Positions 1 to 9,073 of a stretch of 64,000 bases of DNA are shown here, one piece after another. The position numbers were made by a program, and so were the translations under genes. Numbering within the stretch: position 1 is the first letter of the stretch; every line of letters starts with the position of its first letter. Where the stretch lies: the NCBI GenBank assembly GCA_045655245.1, contig JAZOOX010000024.1, forward strand, positions 488 through 64,487. Reading direction: 5' to 3'. The notes under the pieces were generated by a model that was not told the DNA's origin, did no database searches, and saw only the letters and a program-made list of their open reading frames with translations. This DNA is from Clostridia bacterium. GTDB taxonomy: Bacteria > Bacillota > Clostridia > RGIG8785.

Positions 1-261
1 ACCGTTTTAAACAGAAAATTGATTGCCGTTGATATAAGCGGCAACCACTATCGCATCCAGGGGAGACTTCGTGATTTAGAGGATGTTTTACCCTCTTATT
101 TCATCCGCATTAACAAATCCACCATCGCCAACGAGCATCGTATTCTACGCTTTGATGCTGTGGTCAGCGGCGGTGTGGATGCCGTTTTCCAATGCGGATA
201 TCGGGAATATGTTTCCCGCCGTTGTTTTACTGAAATTAGAAGGAGGTATGAAGGAATATGA
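1..261 (+). CDS. LytTR-family DNA-binding domain protein, C-terminal part (partial; the frame is open to the window start)
   Basis: Frame 1 is open from base 1. The translation has the LytTR motif FIRINKSTIANEHRI. A DUF3021-like membrane gene follows immediately, which is the usual LytTR pairing. Confidence 0.6.
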   Translation, partial: TVLNRKLIAVDISGNHYRIQGRLRDLEDVLPSYFIRINKSTIANEHRILRFDAVVSGGVDAVFQCGYREYVSRRCFTEIRRRYEGI

Positions 262-698
262 AAAAGAATGTTTTAGCGTTTTTCCACCGCGGTCTCATCG
301 CCTGCGGATTTGGTCCTATCGTTTTGGCGGTGCTCTATTTGATTTTGAAAGAGAATGCAGGCATTGATACCTTGTCTGTCAACCAGGTCTGCCTTGGGAT
401 ATTTTCATTATCTGCTCTTGCCTTTATTGCAGGAGGGATGAACGTCATTTATCAAATTGAGCGGTTACCCCTGGCAACAGCTATTCTGATCCACGGTTGC
501 GTTTTATACTGCAGTTATCTGGTCACATATCTTCTTAACGATTGGCTGGAAAGGGGCACAACGCCTATTTTGGTTTTTTCGGGGATCTTTGTGCTCGGGT
601 ATTTGGCGGTCTGGGCAGTAATCTATTCCATCACCAAGAGGAATACCAAAAAGCTCAATAAAATATTACAGGAAAAACTTGCTCCGGCAAAGGAATAG
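258..698 (+). CDS. DUF3021-like small integral membrane protein (partner of LytTR regulators)
   Basis: 146 aa with four predicted hydrophobic helices. It overlaps the upstream LytTR gene by 4 nt. Confidence 0.55.
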   Translation: MKKNVLAFFHRGLIACGFGPIVLAVLYLILKENAGIDTLSVNQVCLGIFSLSALAFIAGGMNVIYQIERLPLATAILIHGCVLYCSYLVTYLLNDWLERGTTPILVFSGIFVLGYLAVWAVIYSITKRNTKKLNKILQEKLAPAKE

Positions 699-699
699 A

Positions 700-745
700 A
701 AAAAGCGATACTCAGTTTGAATGACCGAGTATCGCTTTCTTATTT
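700..745. terminator. Bidirectional rho-independent terminator between convergent genes
   Basis: Hairpin AGCGATACTC...GAGTATCGCT flanked by A-run/T-run (approximate coordinates). Confidence 0.6.
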
Positions 746-2486
746 ATACTGCGTAGGTTTCGCGGTAGGTAGCCAGTTGGCGTTTGTAGTCGGGGTTGTT
801 ATCCTTAAACTGATGCAGAGATTCGTGGATATCGAAACGGGCCTGTGTCGTATCCACAACACCGCCTGCGATATTGGAACAGTGGTCGGAAACGCGCTCT
901 AAATTGGTAAGGATATCGGACCAGATAAAGCCCATTTCATACGAGCACTCACCCTTTTGTAAACGCTTGATATGACGGGCACGGAGTTTTTCCTTTAACT
1001 CGTCCACGATCTGTTCCAACGCTTCGACCTGCAATGCGGTGTTTAAGTCGTCGCTTTGGAAGGTGTGTAAGGCAAGACCCACGATCTCGTCCACGGCGCC
1101 GCAGATAACGTGAAGCTCCTCTCTTGCCTTGTCGGTGAACTTCAGTTCTTTGCGGGACATTTCTTCGGCAGATTCCACCAGATTTACAGCATGGTCGGCA
1201 ATCCGTTCAAAATCGCCGATGTTCTTTAAGAGTTTTGCAGCTTCGGCACTGTCCTCTCCGCTGATCTGATGACCGCTGAGCTTAACCAGGTAAGACCCTA
1301 AAATATCCTCGTAGTGGTCGGTTAGATCCTCGGCATCGTTGACCTTTTCCAGTTGTTCGGGATGGTAATCAAACAGCGCGGTAAGACCGACCCGCAAAGA
1401 GTCGATTGCGGCAACCGCCATATCGTTGGTTACCGAGCGGCAACGCGCCAACGCAAAGGGCGGAGTGTTTAACAAACGTTCGTCCAGTTCGGCATCCGCC
1501 TCGGGTTGCTTTGCATCGGGCACCAAGCGAAGGACCAGTTTTTCCAACAGTCCTGACATGGGCAAGAGCAAGAGGGTACAAAGCAGATTAAAAATTGAGT
1601 GAGCAACTGCGATACCCGCCAAGGTTGCCGCCTGATTGAAAAGCACGGGGGCAAGGAAAATCTTGACCAGCCAGAACACGGCCAACCAAAAAGCGGTGCC
1701 TATAACGTTAAAGGAAAGATGTACCAAAGCGGCGCGTTTTGCGTTTCGGTTGGTACCGAAGGAAGAGAGAATCGCGGTGATACAGGTACCGATGTTCTGA
1801 CCCATAATAATCGGGATAGCCGCACCGTACGAGACGGCGCCCGTTGCCGCAAGTGCCTGCAGGATGCCGACAGATGCGGAACTGGATTGGATAATCGCCG
1901 TTAAGACGGCACCCGCCAAAACGCCCAGGATGGGGTTTTTAAAGAGCAGGAAAAGGTTTTGGAATGCAGGAATGTCCTTTAACCCCGCAACGGCATCGGT
2001 CATAATGTCCATACCGAACATCAGGGTTGCAAAGCCCAAAAGGATGGTACCGGTATCCTGCTTCTTTCCGCTTTTGCAGAACATGTAAAAAACAATACCC
2101 AACAATGCCAGCACGGGGGTAAAAGACATGGGCTTTAAGAGTTGTAAAATCAGGTTATCCCCTGAAATACCGCCCAAACTTAAAATCCAAGCGGTTACGG
2201 TGGTACCGATGTTGGCACCCATAATAACATTGATGGATTGTTTTAAAGACATCAAACCCGAGTTAACAAAGCCAACGACCATAACGGTTGTAGCAGAAGA
2301 ACTCTGGATGACGGCGGTTACGCCGAGACCGGTCAACAGACCTGCCAATCGGTTGGTGGTGAGTTTGCCCAAAAGGTCACGAAGACTGTTCCCTGCACGG
2401 CGTTCCAAGGCCTGTCCCATAATGTTCATGCCGAACAAAAAGAGGCAGAGTCCTCCGATCATGGTGAGTACGTCAAAAATAGTCAT
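744..2486 (-). CDS. Na+/phosphate cotransporter family protein (NptA/YjbB-like) with C-terminal PhoU-like domain
   Basis: 580 aa. The N-terminal half is polytopic with the SSSATTV/SSSASVG duplicated motifs; the C-terminus is a helical PhoU-like region. Confidence 0.85.
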   Translation of the reverse strand: MTIFDVLTMIGGLCLFLFGMNIMGQALERRAGNSLRDLLGKLTTNRLAGLLTGLGVTAVIQSSSATTVMVVGFVNSGLMSLKQSINVIMGANIGTTVTAWILSLGGISGDNLILQLLKPMSFTPVLALLGIVFYMFCKSGKKQDTGTILLGFATLMFGMDIMTDAVAGLKDIPAFQNLFLLFKNPILGVLAGAVLTAIIQSSSASVGILQALAATGAVSYGAAIPIIMGQNIGTCITAILSSFGTNRNAKRAALVHLSFNVIGTAFWLAVFWLVKIFLAPVLFNQAATLAGIAVAHSIFNLLCTLLLLPMSGLLEKLVLRLVPDAKQPEADAELDERLLNTPPFALARCRSVTNDMAVAAIDSLRVGLTALFDYHPEQLEKVNDAEDLTDHYEDILGSYLVKLSGHQISGEDSAEAAKLLKNIGDFERIADHAVNLVESAEEMSRKELKFTDKAREELHVICGAVDEIVGLALHTFQSDDLNTALQVEALEQIVDELKEKLRARHIKRLQKGECSYEMGFIWSDILTNLERVSDHCSNIAGGVVDTTQARFDIHESLHQFKDNNPDYKRQLATYRETYAV

Positions 2487-2597
2487 TTGTTTCCACCTTT
2501 CTTTGGATTCCTACATCGAATCCGTTTTTCACTTATTCTTTTACTTTTTACACCAAAATTGTATCATACTCCTACATTATATGTCAATTATGAGTTT

Positions 2598-2640
2598 TAA
2601 AAAAAGAGCCGTGAATGAAAAATTCACGACTCTTTTTTCA
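2598..2640 (-). terminator. Rho-independent terminator overlapping the stop codon of the phosphodiesterase gene
   Basis: On the minus strand AAGAGTCGTGAAT-ttttc-ATTCACGGCTCTT followed by T7. The TGA stop lies inside the stem. Confidence 0.6.
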
Positions 2641-3181
2641 AAGAATAAGTGTGGTAAATATCGGCAGTTTCGAGGTTTTTCCAATAGAAAGTGCCGTCCT
2701 CGAATACCATATAACTCTTGACACTGCCCTCTTTGGGAATGGACGTGGATCCGGGGTTTAAATGCAAAACACCGTTTTTCGTTTCCCAAAGGGGAATATG
2801 CGTATGACCTTGTAACACAATATTACCCGCACCCACTTGCGCAAAGGTTTCGTCGGTAACGTGGTGGCCATGGGTCATATAGACCAATGCATCCCCCAGC
2901 GAAAGCCAGCCATAGTCTGCTAAAATGGGAAACGAAAGCACCATCTGGTCCACTTCGCAATCACAGTTCCCCCGAACGGTGGAAACGCGGTCGCGAACAC
3001 TGTTTAACAGTTCGATTACCGTTTTGGGCGCATATTCGTCAGGGAGATCGTTTCGGGGGCCATGGTAGAGCAGGTCACCCAGCAAAAACAAACGGTCTGC
3101 CTTTTCTTCAGAAAATCGTTCTAACAGCTTTCGGCAGGCAGATGCCGAGCCGTGGATATCCGATGCAAATACGTATTTCAT
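2624..3181 (-). CDS. yfcE: YfcE-like metallophosphoesterase (phosphodiesterase, MPP superfamily)
   Basis: 185 aa with DIHGS, GDLLYHGPRN, GNCD and GHTH motifs. Colinear with my recollection of E. coli YfcE. Confidence 0.8.
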   Translation of the reverse strand: MKYVFASDIHGSASACRKLLERFSEEKADRLFLLGDLLYHGPRNDLPDEYAPKTVIELLNSVRDRVSTVRGNCDCEVDQMVLSFPILADYGWLSLGDALVYMTHGHHVTDETFAQVGAGNIVLQGHTHIPLWETKNGVLHLNPGSTSIPKEGSVKSYMVFEDGTFYWKNLETADIYHTYSLKKES

Positions 3182-3233
3182 AAATCCTCATCCTTTCAAA
3201 TAAGTATTCGACAAGGATGGGACAAACCCTTTT

Positions 3234-5252
3234 TTATCCAAAAATTTGCGCTAACAGAATACAAAGAAGCATCCCGATTAAAGTAGGAATGACAGCGGCT
3301 AAAATAGTCCATTTAAGACTGCCCGTTTCTTTTTTGACCGTCAAAAGGGTGGTGGAGCAGGGCCAATGAAAGAGTGAAAACAGTATTGTACAGAGAGCGG
3401 TCAACCAAGTCCAGCCGTTTTGAACCAAGACCGTTTTTAAAGCAGCATAGTCACCCAATTCCACAGGAGCACCCTGTGAAAGATAAGTCATCAGTGCTAC
3501 GGGCAGAACGATTTCGTTGGCGGGGAAGCCAAGGATAAACGCAAGAATCAGCACGCCGTCCATTCCCATCAGCCGTCCCAAGGGGTCCAACCACCCTGAA
3601 AATAACATTAAAAGACTTTGGTCGTCTACGGTACTATTGGCAAGTGCCCAAATCACTAAACCTGCCGGTGCGGCTACCGTTGCGGCACGCCCTAACACAA
3701 ACAGGGTGCGGTCCAGTACCGAGCGTACCAAAACACGGCCGATTTGCGGACGGCGGTACGGAGGTAATTCCAATGCAAAGGAAGATGCTTCACCGCGGCA
3801 CAGGGTATGGGATAAGATCCAGGTAACGCCAAAGGTCATAACCACGCAAAGCAAAATCAAAAGGGTCAACAGCAGGGCAGCTGCTACACCGCTCCCCGAT
3901 GCAAAGAAGATAGAAAGCAGGGCAATCAGCAAGGGGAACCGTCCGTTACACGGAACGAGACTGTTCGTTAAGACCGCCAGCAACCGCTCCCTTGGAGAGT
4001 CGATGATACGACATCCCGTTACCCCAACAGCGTTACAACCAAAACCCATACACATGGTCAGTGCTTGTTTTCCGCAAGCGTTGCAACGGGCAAAGGGGCG
4101 GTCCAAGTTGTAGGCAATGCGGGGCAGGTAACCCATATCTTCCAGCAAGGTAAACAGCGGGAAGAAAATCGCCATGGGCGGAAGCATTACCGAAATGACC
4201 CAGGTCAGTACCCGATAGACCCCCGAAATCAGTGCGCTTTTGATAAGGGGCGGGATCCCTATGTTGGTTGCCTGCAGGGTCAACCAATCTCCCAAGCGGG
4301 CAAACAGAGCCGAAAGCCATTGAGAGGGGTAATTGGCACCCTTGACGGTAATCCAAAAGACCAATGCCAAAAGCAAAAGCATTACAGGGTATCCCCACCG
4401 CCGTCCCGTTAAGATGCGGTCTAAGGTACGGTCTAAGTGACGGTAGCTGGGGTCTTCGTAGGTTACAGTGTCACGGCATAGCTCTTCGGCTTCCCGCACA
4501 ATGCACTCGGTCTGCATATCCGAGAAACGGTCGCGGTCATACCCATACTCCAACAAACGTTGACGAATGGGATCCAGTATTTCCGAAAGCGGCAACCCGT
4601 CAGGCAGTAAAGCAGTCAATTGACCCAAAAAGACGGGTTCGGCAGAGAGCAGTTGTAAGCAAAGCCAACGGGCGGAGATCGTTTCTGAAAGATGGGGGCG
4701 GAGGTACGCCGCCAATTCTTCCAGTGCATCTTCTACCACCGCGGGGTATGGGATGCAATAAGGTGTTCTCTCCTCCGCACGACCGATGGCTTTAAGCAAC
4801 GCTTTAACCGAAGCCCTTTTCCGTGCCACGGTAGGGACTACTTCGACACCCAAGCGTGCCGACAGTTGTTCCGCATCAATACGGATTTTCTTTTTGGCAG
4901 CTTCATCGGACAGGTTTAAACAAACAACAGTGCGGGGCGCAACCTCCAACACCTGCAAGACAAGATTCAGGTTCCGTTCCAGGCAGGTGGCGTCGCAGAC
5001 CACCAAAACCGTATCGGGGCGCCCGAAACAGATAAAGTCGCGGGCAATCTCCTCTTCTGCCGAATGGGGGATCAGGGAATAGGTCCCCGGCAAATCGATG
5101 AGTGTATAATCATAATCGGGGACGCGGCCGCGGGCGGTCTCCACCGTTTTCCCCGACCAGTTTCCCGTATGCTGATGCATCCCCGTAAGGGCGTTGAACA
5201 GGGTGCTTTTCCCCACGTTAGGGTTTCCCGCAAGAGCAATGATGCGCTCCAT
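3234..5252 (-). CDS. feoB: Ferrous iron transporter FeoB
   Basis: 672 aa. N-terminal G-domain GNPNVGKST followed by a polytopic membrane domain. Confidence 0.9.
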   Translation of the reverse strand: MERIIALAGNPNVGKSTLFNALTGMHQHTGNWSGKTVETARGRVPDYDYTLIDLPGTYSLIPHSAEEEIARDFICFGRPDTVLVVCDATCLERNLNLVLQVLEVAPRTVVCLNLSDEAAKKKIRIDAEQLSARLGVEVVPTVARKRASVKALLKAIGRAEERTPYCIPYPAVVEDALEELAAYLRPHLSETISARWLCLQLLSAEPVFLGQLTALLPDGLPLSEILDPIRQRLLEYGYDRDRFSDMQTECIVREAEELCRDTVTYEDPSYRHLDRTLDRILTGRRWGYPVMLLLLALVFWITVKGANYPSQWLSALFARLGDWLTLQATNIGIPPLIKSALISGVYRVLTWVISVMLPPMAIFFPLFTLLEDMGYLPRIAYNLDRPFARCNACGKQALTMCMGFGCNAVGVTGCRIIDSPRERLLAVLTNSLVPCNGRFPLLIALLSIFFASGSGVAAALLLTLLILLCVVMTFGVTWILSHTLCRGEASSFALELPPYRRPQIGRVLVRSVLDRTLFVLGRAATVAAPAGLVIWALANSTVDDQSLLMLFSGWLDPLGRLMGMDGVLILAFILGFPANEIVLPVALMTYLSQGAPVELGDYAALKTVLVQNGWTWLTALCTILFSLFHWPCSTTLLTVKKETGSLKWTILAAVIPTLIGMLLCILLAQIFG

Positions 5253-5264
5253 CCCTTCCTCCTT

Positions 5265-5504
5265 TCAAAGAAGGCGAACCGCAACCCTTTCCGCATCCCG
5301 TTTACGCAAGGCAATTACCGCGCCGCGGATGAGATAAGCCGACGGGTCGCCGCTTGGACTGACACCGACACATTCTACTACCGTATCTTGAACCAAGCCG
5401 ATGTCCGACAGACGGCGGCGCATCCCTCCCCGATGGGTCAGTTCTAAAACCGTACCCCGTTGTTGGGGAAGGAGGTCTTTTAAAGTTTTTGTATCTGACA
5501 ACAC
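5265..5504 (-). CDS. feoA: FeoA family protein
   Basis: 79 aa small SH3-like protein directly upstream of feoB. GTG start preceded by AAAGGAG. Confidence 0.75.
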   Translation of the reverse strand: MLSDTKTLKDLLPQQRGTVLELTHRGGMRRRLSDIGLVQDTVVECVGVSPSGDPSAYLIRGAVIALRKRDAERVAVRLL

Positions 5505-5563
5505 ACTTTCTCCTTTCTGAAGACTCTATTTATAACCTATTCCAAAGCCCCCGTTTAGGTGCA

Positions 5564-5597
5564 TAAAAAAAGACACGGACAAACCGTGTCTTTTTGA
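5564..5597. terminator. Rho-independent terminator ending the PPTase/PTP/DUF3825 operon (bidirectional)
   Basis: GACACGG-acaaa-CCGTGTC flanked by A7 and T5. Confidence 0.65.
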
Positions 5598-5599
5598 TC

Positions 5600-7960
5600 T
5601 TAGTCTTCCTCTTCGACAAAGGCAGTAATGTCGCTGGTGCTCAGCCATTCGCTATCCGGTCGGCAGATGAGCCGTGCATCGATGTACGCATCCTGAAGCG
5701 TCAAAATGGTCTGACCCTGATAACTTCCCGCTTTGGTTCGCTCTACAATCAGAGCAACATCTACGCGGTTATCTTCCACCAACGCCAGGGGGAGCATCAG
5801 GCTCATTGCATTTCCGCGGGGGTAAAAACAGGGTAATGCGGTTTTAAAGTTCCAGCGGACCCGCTTAACGGCAAAGTCAATGGCGTCGGACACCCGATTC
5901 TTTAAACGGTTGTAAAGACGGCTGGAAGCACCGACCGCATCCCGAAGTCGGTCATAGAGTTCGGACTTCTGATAGGGTGCGGCATGCATCAATTCTTCAA
6001 CCAATGCACAAGCTTCTTCGTCCACGCGAAGTTCATCCCGCAGGAAATCCAAAGGAAGGCGGTGTATGTTGTCAACAATGATATGGTTATAGTCGGCATA
6101 GATTTCGCGGTCGGTATCAAAAAGCAGGTCCTCTTTGACCGTGAAATAGGACGCGGCTTCGGGCAGTGGATCGAAAGCGTCTACCAACTGTTTCCCCAAG
6201 CCCCGCTCTCCCGCGATGCAAAATCCCTGGAAGAACCACTTGGGTCCACCTTGTTTTAGGTTGGGCATAAAGCAGGCGTAGATGTCCTCGTAGTGTCTGG
6301 TCACCAGACCTGTGTTAAAGGCGGCGAGGGTGTTGTCGTCCGAAACGAGCACCTTGTCCTCCAGATGCAGGTGGTAGAAGGTAAACCTGATATACTGGCG
6401 CAAGATGGTGTAGTCCCCTTCTGCTGCATCTTTAAAACTCCATTTTTCGGGCAGGGATTTGTTCGCCAAGGTAGACAGGAATTCCTGCCAAGGCCCTAAA
6501 TAAGCAAACCGTTCCAGCATTTCGCCGGGGCTACAGGACACCGCAGCTTCAGCAGGTCCGCCCCAGTTTAAGTACCAATCCACCTCTGCCTTTTCCGACA
6601 CTTTGATGGTGGCATCGATCGCTTGACCGCCGGCGGTCTTTAAATCGGTAGAAAAACGGAAGGTTTCTCCCACTTTAAAGGGGCGTTGGGGTTTTTCTGC
6701 CTCGGCGTAAGCGGCACAAAGACTATCGATCACGCTTTCGGGCGGAAAGGCTTCGGTCCCCGTCATATAAAAATTGATTTTAGAAAGAGTCTTCCCTGTC
6801 AGTTTTACTTCCCGTAACATCGCAGGAAGAGTGACAGATTTGCTTTCCCGCGCAGGGCTGACAGCCGCCCCCTGCTCCCACTCGGAAACGCGGTGAAGTT
6901 TGACCAAAATGGCAGGAACGCCGTTGGTGACAGTGGGTTGCAGACTAATGAAGCGACGCAGGGTCTCTAACATATCCCGCATTTTGGTAAAGCCAAACCG
7001 CTCCTTGGAAAAACCTTCCTGAACCAGCACCAGACTGACTGACGCCATAGGCAGCCACTCTCCAATGGGGAATTTCCCTGTCAATAAACGGTAAATCTCC
7101 TGCTCATCGTCCAGTTCCAAAACTTCGCAGGCAAAAGCGGACTGAATTTCTTCACGGAAGCTTAGATAATAAGGATATGGCGATTCCTTGACCGTGTTGG
7201 GAACCAGCGAAACAGCCACATTCCCATCAGCAAAGTGGAGGCCTGATGCATCCTCACGGATGGCACCTTGAGAAAAGGCATCGGCAAAGATATCGCAAAG
7301 TCCTTCAAAGGCATCCTCTACCGTTTTGTTGCAGTTACGGGCGTATGCCGCAACAGCAGGGCTGTTGCCCTGAATCAGTTGAGAAAGGTCGTTGGAAAAA
7401 GCATAGGGCGTCACCGACTGGACCACAGAAGCAGACTCATCCAATGCACAAATCCGAATCTCTACATCAGGGGTACCATTGGTCACGGTGTCCCGCATGG
7501 TCAAAAAGGTCGCCAATGCAAGGAACATCCCTTTCATTTTAGAAAAACCAAAGCGTTCTTTGCGGAATCCTGCTTTGTTCAGCACCTGGCTGACGACGAC
7601 CATAGGATACCACTCCCCTGCCTCGAAATGTTCCAACAACAGTTGGTGGATTTCACGGGCACGGTCGCGGGTCAGCAGTTCGGTCTCGGTGACAGGTAAA
7701 ACGGTAAAACGCAGGTAATAAGGATAGGACGAGTCCGGGTTTTGGTTTTCGATAAGGTTAATGGTTGCCAGGGCGGACTTAAAACCAATCCCCTTTTCAT
7801 CAACGGACAACGCCCCTTTGTCATAGGCTTCGGCAAACTCACGGGATAATCGTTCAAAGGTTTCTTCAGGGGTGGTATTACCTATTTCCGCCAACGCCAT
7901 TAGCGGCGGAGTCCCTGCTTCGGCAAGGCGGGATAGATCCCGTTCAAAGGTATAGTTCAT
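5600..7960 (-). CDS. Large cytoplasmic protein with two tandem OST-HTH/LOTUS-like repeats and a C-terminal DUF3825-like domain (predicted RNA/nucleic-acid binding; function unknown)
   Basis: 786 aa. Two internal ~95-aa repeats (..YPYYLRF..GEWYPMVVVSQVLNKAGFRKERFGFSKMKGMF.. and ..YPYYLSF..GEWLPMASVSLVLVQEGFSKERFGFTKMRDML..) match the GW..l..lg..l...gf....yGf.kl pattern of OST-HTH as I recall it. No TM segments or signal peptide. Confidence 0.5.
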   Translation of the reverse strand: MNYTFERDLSRLAEAGTPPLMALAEIGNTTPEETFERLSREFAEAYDKGALSVDEKGIGFKSALATINLIENQNPDSSYPYYLRFTVLPVTETELLTRDRAREIHQLLLEHFEAGEWYPMVVVSQVLNKAGFRKERFGFSKMKGMFLALATFLTMRDTVTNGTPDVEIRICALDESASVVQSVTPYAFSNDLSQLIQGNSPAVAAYARNCNKTVEDAFEGLCDIFADAFSQGAIREDASGLHFADGNVAVSLVPNTVKESPYPYYLSFREEIQSAFACEVLELDDEQEIYRLLTGKFPIGEWLPMASVSLVLVQEGFSKERFGFTKMRDMLETLRRFISLQPTVTNGVPAILVKLHRVSEWEQGAAVSPARESKSVTLPAMLREVKLTGKTLSKINFYMTGTEAFPPESVIDSLCAAYAEAEKPQRPFKVGETFRFSTDLKTAGGQAIDATIKVSEKAEVDWYLNWGGPAEAAVSCSPGEMLERFAYLGPWQEFLSTLANKSLPEKWSFKDAAEGDYTILRQYIRFTFYHLHLEDKVLVSDDNTLAAFNTGLVTRHYEDIYACFMPNLKQGGPKWFFQGFCIAGERGLGKQLVDAFDPLPEAASYFTVKEDLLFDTDREIYADYNHIIVDNIHRLPLDFLRDELRVDEEACALVEELMHAAPYQKSELYDRLRDAVGASSRLYNRLKNRVSDAIDFAVKRVRWNFKTALPCFYPRGNAMSLMLPLALVEDNRVDVALIVERTKAGSYQGQTILTLQDAYIDARLICRPDSEWLSTSDITAFVEEED

Positions 7961-8419
7961 TCAGTTCCACTCCTCCATTAAGTATTTTAAGAACGCTTTA
8001 CAACCGTCGGTCACATCACGGTAGGTCGGTTCAAAATTGCCGGTATACCATGGATCGGCAATATCCCCCTTGCGGTCGGTAAAATCCAACAGTCGAAAAA
8101 ACTTCCCATCCGGGTCGCCGCCCGTAATGCGATGCATATTTTGTAAATTGCGCTCGTCCATCCCGATCAAAAAGTCAAATCGGTCATAATCTTGACGGGT
8201 CATTTGGGTCGCATAATGTTCCCACATGGGGATCCCCTTTTCGGCAAGGATGCGTCGGGTACCGTGGTGGACGGGGTTTCCGATCTCCTCGGTAGAAGTG
8301 GCTTTGGATTCCACCGTTACCGAAAAGCCTGCCCCTCTTGCCAAATGGGTAAAAACAAACTCTGCCATGGTAGAACGGCAGATGTTCCCATGGCAGATGA
8401 ATAAAACCCGCGGGGTCAT
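7961..8419 (-). CDS. Low-molecular-weight protein tyrosine phosphatase
   Basis: 152 aa. P-loop CHGNICRS (CX5R-S) at the N-terminus and a DPWY general-acid loop. It lacks the second Cys pair of ArsC. Confidence 0.85.
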   Translation of the reverse strand: MTPRVLFICHGNICRSTMAEFVFTHLARGAGFSVTVESKATSTEEIGNPVHHGTRRILAEKGIPMWEHYATQMTRQDYDRFDFLIGMDERNLQNMHRITGGDPDGKFFRLLDFTDRKGDIADPWYTGNFEPTYRDVTDGCKAFLKYLMEEWN

Positions 8420-9009
8420 AAATGAACCTCACAGAAAATAACCGGATTGTCCACGGCTTCGTGGCAGATACAGATGCGGTACTCATCCAGCACCGTCTGT
8501 TTGGTAAAAAACCAGCGTTCGTCCATGGGGACATCGAAGGGCGGACGGGAGATACCCACACCGGTAGCCTTGGCATGGCTTTCGATGCAGAGCCATTCTT
8601 CCACAAAGGCAGCGTCAGGGTCCTCGGCAGTATAGATGCGGGACTGGCACTCCTCGGTCAGGAATCGCTGGGCAATTTTCTTGTGATGGGGACGGGGAAC
8701 CTCGATATCCACGCCCACTTCGTTTTTCCCGACAACGCAGACGGTAACGTCTTCGCTGTGAGAGAAATTAAACTTTAAGGGCGCCGTCTTAAAATGGGGT
8801 TTGCCCTTTTCGGGATAAACCAAATCATCGGCAGAAAAAGGCACCCCCTGCTCACGGCAAGCGTGTTGAAGCAACAACTCTGCCGCGATGGCACATTTTT
8901 TATCCGATTCATGTTTGATACGTTCTACCCGCGCTTGTCTTGCGGGGGTCAATTGCGAAACGGCGGACAAGTCCAACCCGTCTGTTTTTGCATAGTATAC
9001 CGTTGCCAT
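8416..9009 (-). CDS. 4'-phosphopantetheinyl transferase, Sfp type
   Basis: Motifs KGKPHF and FNFSHS. Start moved to the internal ATG (MATVYY) preceded by AAGGAGG. 4-nt overlap with the PTP gene. Confidence 0.75.
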   Translation of the reverse strand: MATVYYAKTDGLDLSAVSQLTPARQARVERIKHESDKKCAIAAELLLQHACREQGVPFSADDLVYPEKGKPHFKTAPLKFNFSHSEDVTVCVVGKNEVGVDIEVPRPHHKKIAQRFLTEECQSRIYTAEDPDAAFVEEWLCIESHAKATGVGISRPPFDVPMDERWFFTKQTVLDEYRICICHEAVDNPVIFCEVHL

Positions 9010-9036
9010 AGGAACTCCTCCTTGGTGTAATGATTT

Positions 9037-9066
9037 ATTATACCACGATTGACAAAGTTTTGTCAA
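9037..9066 (-). promoter_or_regulatory. Sigma-A-type promoter of the PPTase-PTP-DUF3825 operon
   Basis: Minus strand TTGACA, 18-nt spacer, TATAAT. Confidence 0.55.
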
Positions 9067-9068
9067 TC
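9047..9068. promoter_or_regulatory. Perfect 10-bp inverted repeat GATTGACAAA-gt-TTTGTCAATC overlapping the -35 box (candidate operator)
   Basis: Seen directly in the sequence. No T-run on either side, so it is not a terminator. Confidence 0.45.
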
Positions 9069-9073
9069 ACTTT

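Noticed and set aside
2128-2721. 197-aa plus-strand ORF
   Set aside because: Antisense to the Na/Pi cotransporter and spanning the intergenic terminator. Not coding.
3517-4113. 198-aa ORF on the plus strand
   Set aside because: Entirely antisense to feoB. Arg/Pro/Ser-rich low-complexity translation typical of a GC-rich antisense frame. No RBS.
8184-8606. 140-aa minus-strand ORF overlapping the PTP and PPTase genes
   Set aside because: Alternate frame of two well-supported genes. No independent support.
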